Shown: in pieces, positions 20,630 through 28,463 of the stretch | How the letters are laid out: each line of letters opens with the position of its first letter | How positions within the stretch are numbered: the first letter of the stretch is position 1 | NCBI GenBank assembly: GCA_046050825.1 | Contig: JBJOPJ010000001.1 | Span: 1-46,484, forward strand | DNA: 46,484 nucleotides | Origin: Pseudomonadota bacterium | GTDB taxonomy: Bacteria; Pseudomonadota; Alphaproteobacteria; Sphingomonadales; Sphingomonadaceae | Direction of reading: 5' to 3' | The notes under the pieces: generated by a model | Told to the model about the DNA's origin: nothing | Database searches by the model: none | What the model saw: only the letters and a program-made list of their open reading frames with translations | Translations under genes and position numbers: made by a program

Positions 20630-22189
20630 TTAAACCGCGGCGGTGCTTTGCCCCAGTTCCGGGATACCAATCGAACGCCGGCCCTGAAAATCGGTGCGGA
20701 CCACGATCAGCCCGCTTTTTTCGAAATGCTCCAGCAGGCGGCGAATCCGGCCAGGCGAAGTGGTGCCATAGGCGCGGGCCAGCGCGTCGTCTTCGGGGCA
20801 AGGCTCGCCATCAACCGCCGCGCGCGCGATCAGCAGGAACGGGGCCAGCGCATCGTCGGGCACGGTTTCCGCCAGTGCGCGAAGCGGCGTCCATTCGGGG
20901 GCATCGGGATCGGCAATGCCGGCCACGGCCATTGCAAAGCGTCGCCGAAACCGGGTGACATCGCCCACATGCGCTCCGATCCGCCGCATCCGGCACCGCA
21001 CAGTGAAATCCTGAAACAGCGAAGCGACCTGCTGGAAGGTGGCGTTTTCTTCGGCCGCCATGTCCGCGAAAATTTCGGCCAGAATGGCGCGCACGTCTTC
21101 GGGCGGAAGCGATGGCGGGGCCGGGACCGATGCCGCGTTGAACAAGTCGGCCCCTCCAGCAGAGGTCGCATCGGGCGCGCTATCGGTGCCACCATCCAGG
21201 CCGGGGCCATCGGCCAGCGCGAAATCGGAAATGCGGTTGATCAGCTCGCCCGGATCGATCCGGGCCGGTTCGGCGCGCGCCATCGTGGGGGCGGATTGCC
21301 CCGCTGCCGCCAGTTCTTCCTCGCTCCATTCGGCGTGCAGCAAGGCGTGCAATTCGTCCGAGCCAGCCGAAGGCATCGGCATCAGCCCCTGGATCGTGTT
21401 GCGCGCCGCAGTTCGGACGCTGCCGATCCGCACCGGGATGGCGCGCCGCGAAATCGCCGGGCCAAGCCCCAGGAACTGACCGCGTTCAAGATCGCGGATC
21501 TGTTCGGCCTGGCGGCGGTCCATCCCCAAGAGATCGGCGGCACGGGCCATGTCGATATCCAGGAACGTGCGCCCCATCAGGAAATTGCTGGCCTCGGCCG
21601 CAACGTTCTTGGCCAGTTTGGCCAGCCGCTGGGTGGCGATGATCCCGGCCAGTCCGCGCTTGCGCCCGCGGCACATCACGTTGGTCATCGCGGCGAGCGA
21701 GATCCGGCGCACTTCATCGGACACATCGCCCGCGGCGGCCGGGGCAAACATCTGGGCTTCGTCCACCACCACCAGCGCGGGATACCACTGTTCGTGCGGG
21801 GCATCGAACAGAGCGGACAGAAACCGCGCGGCGCAGCGCATCTGGGCTTCCAGTTCCAGCCCGTCCAGCGCCAGCACCACCGAGGCCCGGTGGCGGCGGA
21901 TGCGCGCCGCCAGTTGCGCGATTTCGGGGCCGTCATAGGCCGCACCGTCGATCACCACGTGCCCGAACGGTTCGGCCAGCGAGACGAAATCGCCTTCGGG
22001 ATCGATAATCACCTGCTGGACCAGCGGGGCGCTTTCTTCGAGCAGGCGGCGCAGCAGGTGCGATTTGCCCGAGCCAGAGTTGCCCTGAACCAGCAGGCGC
22101 GTTGCCAGCAGTTCTTCGATGTCCACGCGGACAGGGGCACCGTCGGGTGCAGTACCGATGACAATCGCGGCGCTCACCCGCGTTCCCAT
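20630..22189 (-). CDS. HerA/FtsK-superfamily P-loop ATPase (DUF87-like) with putative C-terminal winged helix
   Basis: Walker A GNSGSGKS, IDPEGDF, Walker B VVVDEAQ, arginine finger RGRKRG, ATQR. Confidence 0.85.
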   Translation of the reverse strand: MGTRVSAAIVIGTAPDGAPVRVDIEELLATRLLVQGNSGSGKSHLLRRLLEESAPLVQQVIIDPEGDFVSLAEPFGHVVIDGAAYDGPEIAQLAARIRRHRASVVLALDGLELEAQMRCAARFLSALFDAPHEQWYPALVVVDEAQMFAPAAAGDVSDEVRRISLAAMTNVMCRGRKRGLAGIIATQRLAKLAKNVAAEASNFLMGRTFLDIDMARAADLLGMDRRQAEQIRDLERGQFLGLGPAISRRAIPVRIGSVRTAARNTIQGLMPMPSAGSDELHALLHAEWSEEELAAAGQSAPTMARAEPARIDPGELINRISDFALADGPGLDGGTDSAPDATSAGGADLFNAASVPAPPSLPPEDVRAILAEIFADMAAEENATFQQVASLFQDFTVRCRMRRIGAHVGDVTRFRRRFAMAVAGIADPDAPEWTPLRALAETVPDDALAPFLLIARAAVDGEPCPEDDALARAYGTTSPGRIRRLLEHFEKSGLIVVRTDFQGRRSIGIPELGQSTAAV

Positions 22190-22279
22190 AGGTCAGGCGC
22201 GCACGCCGACAAACCGGGGGCGGCGGCTTATCCGCAGCCAAGCGGCCTGAACCGCGCGGATTTCAATGCAACTGGGAAT

Positions 22280-23107
22280 TCAGAGAAAGGTGCGGCGCAT
22301 TCGCTGCCGGTCGGCCTTGTGGCCGGTAAAGATTTCGAACGCCATGGCGGCTTGGCCGATCACCATGCCGCTGCCGTCCAGCACGCGGCAGCCGCGTTCC
22401 CGCGCGATCCGCAGCAGTTCGGTTTCCAGCGGGAAATAGACGATATCGGCCACCCAGTGGCGGGCTTCGATCAGCGCCGGGGCGATCGCGGTGCCGGGCT
22501 TGGAGGCCATGCCCATCGGGGTGGTGTTGACGATGCCGTCGATCGCGGTTGTATCCAGCGCGGCGGCATCGCGGGGCACCGCCCGGCCGGCGCCATAGTG
22601 CGCGCACAGCCGCTCGGCCAGTTCGCTGGACCGGGCCAGATCGACATCGGTGATTTCCAGCTGCCCCACGCCCAGCGACAGGAGCGCGTTGGCCACGGCC
22701 GAACCCGCGCCGCCAGCGCCCAGTTGCAGCACCCGGTCAAGCTTGGCGCCGGGCAGGCCATCGGCCAGGCTGTCTTGAAATCCGGTCTTGTCGGTATTGT
22801 AGCCGATCAGGCGGCCATCACGCATCGCCACGGAATTGACCGCGCCAACGGTGGCCGCACATTCGGCCAGTTCATCCAGCAGCGGCAGCACCGCCTGCTT
22901 GAACGGGAAAGTAACATTGACCCCGCAATAGCCTTCGCCGGCAAGGCGGCGCAGCAGGGGGCCAAGCTGCGCATCATCAAGGCCGCGATCGGTGAAATCG
23001 AACAGCTCGTAAGTCAGTTCGAGGCCCTGCGCGCGCGCTTCCTGCTCGTGCAGCCATGGCGAGCGTGAGGCGAGGATGGCGCGACCGAGGAGGCCGGAAC
23101 GAAACAT
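22280..23107 (-). CDS. aroE: Shikimate/quinate dehydrogenase, probably NAD-preferring catabolic type
   Basis: SRSPWLH, NVTFPFK, AVN, NTD, GAGGAG, NTTPMGM, DIVYFPLET; DVD in place of the NRT NADP motif. Confidence 0.9.
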   Translation of the reverse strand: MFRSGLLGRAILASRSPWLHEQEARAQGLELTYELFDFTDRGLDDAQLGPLLRRLAGEGYCGVNVTFPFKQAVLPLLDELAECAATVGAVNSVAMRDGRLIGYNTDKTGFQDSLADGLPGAKLDRVLQLGAGGAGSAVANALLSLGVGQLEITDVDLARSSELAERLCAHYGAGRAVPRDAAALDTTAIDGIVNTTPMGMASKPGTAIAPALIEARHWVADIVYFPLETELLRIARERGCRVLDGSGMVIGQAAMAFEIFTGHKADRQRMRRTFL

Positions 23108-23120
23108 AAGACCCTTTAGG

Positions 23121-23157
23121 AAAAAAGAGGCCGGCGCCGCACAGGGCGGCGCCGGCC
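23121..23157 (-). terminator. Rho-independent terminator after the TonB-dependent receptor
   Basis: Perfect 12-bp stem GGCCGGCGCCGC/GCGGCGCCGGCC, 5-nt loop, followed by TCTTTTTT on the minus strand. Confidence 0.85.
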
Positions 23158-23169
23158 ATCAAGGGTGGA

Positions 23170-26166
23170 TCAGAAGCCGAACTTCAGGCCGAGGTAGTAC
23201 GAGCGGCCAATCGGATCATACAGCGCGGTATCGGTGCCGTTCTGCGAGCTGGCCACGAAGGGCAGGCTCTTGTTGAACAGGTTGTTCGCACCCATGCGCA
23301 GTTCGAAGTCCTTGGTCACCTTGACGTTGGCGAACAGGTCAAACAGCGAATAGGCAGACACGCCGACTTGCGCATTGGCGGGGGTCAGAACGGCCGAGTT
23401 GTCCTTCAGCGCGCTCTGGTAACGCCAGCGCAGACCGCCGCTGACCACGTCCGACTTGTAGCCGAAAGTGGTCAGACCCTTCCACCGCGGGGTGGCGCGC
23501 GGCGGGATCGAACCCGGGCTGGTGCCACCGACGCTGACGCCCGTGTAATCGAGGAACGCGGCGCCCGGCAGCAGCTGCACCTTGTAGCTGTTCAGCCAGC
23601 CGATCGCGGTGTCGACATAGAGCTTGCCCGACTGCGCGATGAACGGAGCCGGCACGCCCAGGTGGGCCTGCACTTCGACGCCGTCGGTCTTCAGTTCGCC
23701 AAGGTTGAGGTAGGGCGTGGCGACGTTCAGGATCTGGCCGGTCGATGCATCGCGGCTGATCAGCCCGCAATAGCTGTTCGTTGCGCTGTAGGTGGGGTTC
23801 GAACCATCAAGGTTGAAGCACTTCGACAGCACGGTCAGGCCCGGAACGCTCGAGATCACGTTCTTGATCTTGATGTTGTAGTAATCGACCGAGAGCGAGA
23901 AATCGCCCAGCAGGCCGCTGCCACGCGGTGCGTTGAACACGAAGCCGAGGTTGAAGGTATCGGCCCGTTCCGGCGTCAGCCCGGTGTTGCCCGCCACGAC
24001 CTGGCCGGTCGCGGTGGTCGGGAACTGGTAGCTGCTGATCACTGCCGAAGGCACGCCCTGGGCAACGCACAGCGCCGAAACCTGGGCGCCATTGGCACCG
24101 GTGCGGGCACCGGTGCGAACGTCGCACGGATCGCCCAGCGAGCTCGGCGGAGTGCCAATCACCAGCTGCGTGCCCTGCGGCGGCGAGAACAGTTCGCCGA
24201 TGTTGGGCGCACGCACGGCGCGCTGGTAGCTGCCGCGGACCAGCAGGTTGTCAACCGGGCGCCAGCGGGCGTCGGCTTCGTAGCTGGTTACCGAACCGGT
24301 CACCGAATAGTCCGAAACGCGGACAGCCGCACCCACGCCCAGTTCACGGGCAAAGGGCTTGTCGGCCAGCAGCGGAACGTCGACCTGTGCGGCGAATTCC
24401 TTGACCGAAACCGCCTTCTTGGCGACCGGCAGGGTGTTGACCACGCCTTCGATGTTGGCGGCGGTGTTGGTCGGCGCATAGATGTTGAACGCGTTCGGCG
24501 CGACCAGATCGCTATCGGGCGAGTACGAGTAGCTGTTGCGGCGATAGTCGGCGACCAGCGCGATCTGGGCCGGACCGGCGCCAAGATCGAACAGCTTGCC
24601 GTTGACCTGGCCCTGCACCTGCACCTGACCCAGCTTTTCGACGCTGCGGGCATCCTTCGTGATGAAGGCGATGCACTGCGGCGAAAGCGAGCGGGCGTTG
24701 GCGTCGCCAAACGGGTTGAAGCCACCGGCGCAGAGCGAACGGCCGCCGTCAGCCGCGTTCAGCAGCTGCTGAACCTGGCTTTTCAGCACGGCGTTGTGCA
24801 TCGTCTGGTTGTGGTGCGATTCATCGTAGCTGGTGAACAGGTCGAAGTTCCAGCCGTCGGCGATTTCGCCCTTCACGCCGGCCAGGTACTGCAGGACCTG
24901 GTAGTTTTCATCCCAGTTCTTCCAGGGAACGCCCACATAGCGCGCGTTCCAGTTGAACGTGGCCGTGGCATTCGGGCGCGAAGCCAGAATGGTGCGCAGA
25001 TCGGCGGGGATGAACGGGTTGGTGGTGGGGATGGTCGTCGTTGCCGGGAACTGGGTCAGGCTGCCGCCGCTGGCGGTGTTGACCGACAGGTCGACGTACA
25101 TGAACTGGCCATAGACGTTCAGGCTGGGGGTCAGGTCATAGTCGGCCTTGACGAAGGCGGTCTTGCGCTCAAGCGAATTGAGCAGCTGGGCCTGCTGGCC
25201 CACCGGCATGCGAACGTTGCCGCCCACCACCATGTAGCCGTTGCCGTCGGTCGGACCCTTGTAGTTGACGGCGCGGGTCTGCGTGAACAGGGTGCCATCA
25301 TTGTTGAAGCCGAAATTGCCCAAGCCAGCGCCAGAGGTCACACCGGTGAGGTTCAGCGGGGTGTTGTAGCTGGTGAACAGGGTTTGGAGCGCGGTCAGGC
25401 TGGGCGCATTGGTGGCGCTGGGCACGAACGTGCCGGTGCCGATGAACGAAGACGGCGTCTTGTCATGGAAGAACGAACGCGCGGTGCCGGCCAGCGGGTC
25501 TTGCTTGGCATAGCTGAACGCAGCGGTCACGTGGCCGCGGCCGTCGCCAAAGCTGGAACCGAACGCAACCGAGCCGTTGAACTTGTAGGCATCACCGCGC
25601 TCGCTGAGCGAGTTGAGCAGGTCGATCTTGACGCCTTCGAACTTCTTGATGGTCTTGAAGTTGACCACGCCCGACATGGCGTCCGAACCGTAAACCGCCG
25701 AAGCGCCGCCGGTGATCGTGTCGATCCCGCCGATGATGGCATCGGGCAGGATGTTGATGTCAACGTTGCCGGCGATGTCCGAAACGGGCAGGCGCTTGCC
25801 GTCAAGCAGCACGAGGTTGCGGTTGGTGCCCAGGCCGTGAAGGTTGATCGAAGCGCGACCGCCGGTGCCCTGGCCGCCCGTGCCGGCGTTGCCGCCAACA
25901 GTGAAGCTGGGGATCTGGTTCAGCGCATCGTTCAGGTTGGCGGCGCCGCTTTCCTTGATCGCGGCCTCAGACACGGTGACGATCGGGCTGACCGCGGTGT
26001 TGTTGGGGCGCTGGATCAGCGAGCCGGTGACGACGATGACTTCGTTGTCCTTGGCGCTGGTGGCGCTGTCCGTGGCGGCATCTTGTGCCAGAGCCGGAGT
26101 CGCAAGGGCGACGGCGAATGAAAACAGCGATGCGGAAACCGCAAGGCGCGAGCCAAACTTGTGCAT
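23170..26166 (-). CDS. TonB-dependent receptor
   Basis: Signal peptide ending ALA-Q, TonB box VIVVTGS, plug motifs NLVLLDGKR and GGASAVYGSDAMSGVVNF, RAPNIGELF, terminal YYLGLKFGF; SD GGGAGG before ATG 26166. Confidence 0.96.
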   Translation of the reverse strand: MHKFGSRLAVSASLFSFAVALATPALAQDAATDSATSAKDNEVIVVTGSLIQRPNNTAVSPIVTVSEAAIKESGAANLNDALNQIPSFTVGGNAGTGGQGTGGRASINLHGLGTNRNLVLLDGKRLPVSDIAGNVDINILPDAIIGGIDTITGGASAVYGSDAMSGVVNFKTIKKFEGVKIDLLNSLSERGDAYKFNGSVAFGSSFGDGRGHVTAAFSYAKQDPLAGTARSFFHDKTPSSFIGTGTFVPSATNAPSLTALQTLFTSYNTPLNLTGVTSGAGLGNFGFNNDGTLFTQTRAVNYKGPTDGNGYMVVGGNVRMPVGQQAQLLNSLERKTAFVKADYDLTPSLNVYGQFMYVDLSVNTASGGSLTQFPATTTIPTTNPFIPADLRTILASRPNATATFNWNARYVGVPWKNWDENYQVLQYLAGVKGEIADGWNFDLFTSYDESHHNQTMHNAVLKSQVQQLLNAADGGRSLCAGGFNPFGDANARSLSPQCIAFITKDARSVEKLGQVQVQGQVNGKLFDLGAGPAQIALVADYRRNSYSYSPDSDLVAPNAFNIYAPTNTAANIEGVVNTLPVAKKAVSVKEFAAQVDVPLLADKPFARELGVGAAVRVSDYSVTGSVTSYEADARWRPVDNLLVRGSYQRAVRAPNIGELFSPPQGTQLVIGTPPSSLGDPCDVRTGARTGANGAQVSALCVAQGVPSAVISSYQFPTTATGQVVAGNTGLTPERADTFNLGFVFNAPRGSGLLGDFSLSVDYYNIKIKNVISSVPGLTVLSKCFNLDGSNPTYSATNSYCGLISRDASTGQILNVATPYLNLGELKTDGVEVQAHLGVPAPFIAQSGKLYVDTAIGWLNSYKVQLLPGAAFLDYTGVSVGGTSPGSIPPRATPRWKGLTTFGYKSDVVSGGLRWRYQSALKDNSAVLTPANAQVGVSAYSLFDLFANVKVTKDFELRMGANNLFNKSLPFVASSQNGTDTALYDPIGRSYYLGLKFGF

Positions 26167-26212
26167 GGTTTTCCCTCCCATTGCCGGCGCGTTTGCCGGC
26201 CTGCGATGTTTC

Positions 26213-26240
26213 ATTTATGTTACGAACTAGTTCCTGTCAA
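26213..26240 (-). promoter_or_regulatory. Sigma70-like promoter of the TBDR with an operator-like motif (26222-26239) in the spacer
   Basis: Minus strand TTGACA-GGAACTAGTTCGTAAC-ATAAAT; palindromic core GAACTAGTTC. Confidence 0.7.
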
Positions 26241-26241
26241 T

Positions 26242-27480
26242 TTATTCAGAAACGCGGTTTTCCGAAATGCGACGAACTGCAACCACGCAGGCCGCGCACA
26301 GCAGCAGTGGCACGCAGTAGCTCGCGAACAGGATCGGCAGCGCAACTTTGGCGGCCATCAGGTATCCGCCCAGCATCGGGCCGATGATCGCCCCGCTGCG
26401 GCCAATGCCGATCGCCCAGCCGATTCCGGTTGCCCGGAACGCCGCGGGATAGACCGATGCCGCCAGCGGCCAGACCCCGTTGTATCCACCTTGCAGCAAG
26501 ACCCCGATCAGGAACGCCACCGCCAGCGTGGCGCCTACCGACATGCTGACCGAACCGAACACCAGCATTGCGGCTGCCGCGCCGGTCAGCATCGCGGGAA
26601 CCAGTCGGCCCAGCGGCACGCGCACGGCCAGTACGCTCATCGCGCTGGTGCCGATGAACGCGCCGAAGCTGTACAGCGACCCGGCGTAAATGCCGTTGGT
26701 TTCGGACAGCCCGGCCTCGATCGACAGCTTGGGGATCCAGCTGACGATGAAGTACAGCACCATCAGGCCGAAGAACACCGCGCCCCACAGCGCCAGCGTG
26801 CTGAGCCGGAAGGCCGGCACGAACAGCGCGGCCACGCGGCCCGCGGGCGCGCCATCGGCATCAACATGGGCCGGGGCGCTGGCATCGCTCAGCATTTTCC
26901 AGGCGAACGGGAACAGCGCCACGGTGATCGCGCCGGCGCCGGTCAGAATGTGCTGCCAGGAATAATGGGGCAGCAACCGGGCCACGATCAGGCCGGTGAA
27001 CGCGGCCGCGAACGGATAGCCCGCCTGGACCATCCCCACGGCAAGGTTGGCGTGATGCGGCGGGGCGCTTTCAGCCGACAGCGCCGCCATCGATGCCAGC
27101 ACCGTGCCAATGCCAGCGCCAACCAGCACCCGCAGGCCGAACAGCTGCGCGGCGTTGCTGGCCAGGCCGCTGGCCAACATGCCCAAAGACATCAGCGCCA
27201 GCGCGATCAGGATCACTTTGCGCCGGCCAAACCGATCCGCCAGCGGGGCGATGCCCATTCCGCCGATCGCCATGCCCAGCAATCCGGCGCTGAACAGGTT
27301 GCCCATCACATCGGAACCGATCTGCCAGTCATTCTGGATGCGCGGCGCGATATAGGACAGGATCGTCACGTCGATCCCGTCGGCCATGTTGATCGCAAAG
27401 CACAAGGCCACGATCCCGAATGCGCGCCGCGTCCAGTTCGCAGGCGCGCCGGCAGGCGCGGTGATAGGGGTTGCAGCCAT
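26242..27480 (-). CDS. MFS transporter, aromatic acid:H+ symporter family
   Basis: DGID in TM1, LADRFGRR, YPAAFRATGIGWAIGIGRSG. Confidence 0.9.
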   Translation of the reverse strand: MAATPITAPAGAPANWTRRAFGIVALCFAINMADGIDVTILSYIAPRIQNDWQIGSDVMGNLFSAGLLGMAIGGMGIAPLADRFGRRKVILIALALMSLGMLASGLASNAAQLFGLRVLVGAGIGTVLASMAALSAESAPPHHANLAVGMVQAGYPFAAAFTGLIVARLLPHYSWQHILTGAGAITVALFPFAWKMLSDASAPAHVDADGAPAGRVAALFVPAFRLSTLALWGAVFFGLMVLYFIVSWIPKLSIEAGLSETNGIYAGSLYSFGAFIGTSAMSVLAVRVPLGRLVPAMLTGAAAAMLVFGSVSMSVGATLAVAFLIGVLLQGGYNGVWPLAASVYPAAFRATGIGWAIGIGRSGAIIGPMLGGYLMAAKVALPILFASYCVPLLLCAACVVAVRRISENRVSE

Positions 27481-27555
27481 TGTCCTCTTTCCCGGTTTAT
27501 TGGCCGGGATGAAACGACAGGACAGGCTGCGAAGGGCGCGGCGGCCCGGCGCAGG

Positions 27556-28314
27556 TCAGCCCTGGCGCATCACCCAAGCGATGATGATGTCCGCCACCTG
27601 GCTCGCCCGGCGATCAACGGCTTCGGGGCTCGACATGTCGATCCCGAAGTTGTGCGCGAAAGTGAACTGATTGGAGACGTTGTAGAAACTCAGCGCGGTC
27701 ATGTTCATGTGCAGTTCGACCGGGTCGATGCCGGGGCGGAAACTGCCTTCGGCTTCGCCGCGCTCGATGATCCGCGACAGGATTTCGATGACCTTGCGGT
27801 TGCCTTGCGGCAGCCCTTCGATCTGCTTCAGGTGATCGGCGCGGTGGATGTTCTCGTTCATCACCAGCCGCACCAGTTCGGGGTGCTGCGAGTGGTAGCG
27901 CACATCGTGTTCGATCAGGCGGCGAAGGGCATCGATCGCGCTGCCGGCCTCGATATCGACCCCGCTTTCGCTGTCGCGGACCCGCTGATAGGCGCGTTCC
28001 AGCACGGCGCGGTACAGTTCGTCCTTGCCGTCGAAATAATAGTAGATCTTGCGCTTGGTGGCCTTGCCCGCAATCTCGTCGATCCGCGCGCCGGCCAGGC
28101 CCTTTTCGACGAATTCGTCGGTGGCGATGTCGATGATCTGATTGATTGCCTGCTCGCGCGCTTCGGCATGGCTGCGGCGCGGCGGCTTTTCAGGCTTGGT
28201 CAACGGTGGAACTCCTTCGGCTGCCCCGCGATGCGCGCAATCGGTCGCTGCCGCCGGCGTATCTGCCCGGTCGTTAGCGGCTATTGGCCGTTGCGTCTCT
28301 AGGGCAGTGCGCAA
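27556..28314 (-). CDS. TetR/AcrR family regulator
   Basis: EFVEKGLAGARIDEIA...IYYYFDGKDELY HTH; LVMNENIH, FYNVSNQFTF C-terminal domain; start uncertain. Confidence 0.9.
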   Translation of the reverse strand: MRTALETQRPIAANDRADTPAAATDCAHRGAAEGVPPLTKPEKPPRRSHAEAREQAINQIIDIATDEFVEKGLAGARIDEIAGKATKRKIYYYFDGKDELYRAVLERAYQRVRDSESGVDIEAGSAIDALRRLIEHDVRYHSQHPELVRLVMNENIHRADHLKQIEGLPQGNRKVIEILSRIIERGEAEGSFRPGIDPVELHMNMTALSFYNVSNQFTFAHNFGIDMSSPEAVDRRASQVADIIIAWVMRQG

Positions 28315-28363
28315 AGTTCCTCCAAAATGTGTGGCCCGGAATGTACGGCCGGAAATTTGTGGG

Positions 28364-28381
28364 ACGAACTAGTTCCTATCA
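28364..28381. promoter_or_regulatory. Second copy of the putative TetR operator, ACGAACTAGTTCCTATCA
   Basis: 17/18 identical to 26222-26239; lies in the tetR/quiC divergent region next to a minus-strand TTGACA (28392-28397). Confidence 0.75.
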
Positions 28382-28463
28382 TTTTTGCTTTTGTCAATCC
28401 ACGGCCGGTGATAGACCTTTGCGATGACGGCCGGTGAAGCCGGCAATCAACTGGGGAAGCGGG

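Noticed and set aside
20630-22189. HerA-based anti-phage system (Sir2-HerA or similar)
   Set aside because: No adjacent effector or nuclease gene; housekeeping neighbourhood
20648-23068. 806-aa plus-strand ORF spanning two genes
   Set aside because: Antisense to the ATPase and shikimate dehydrogenase; typical high-GC stop-poor frame
23368-26121. 917-aa plus-strand ORF
   Set aside because: Antisense shadow of the strongly codon-biased TBDR gene; no recognisable motifs
26161-28302. 713-aa plus-strand ORF
   Set aside because: Antisense to the MFS and TetR genes; R/H/G-rich shadow composition
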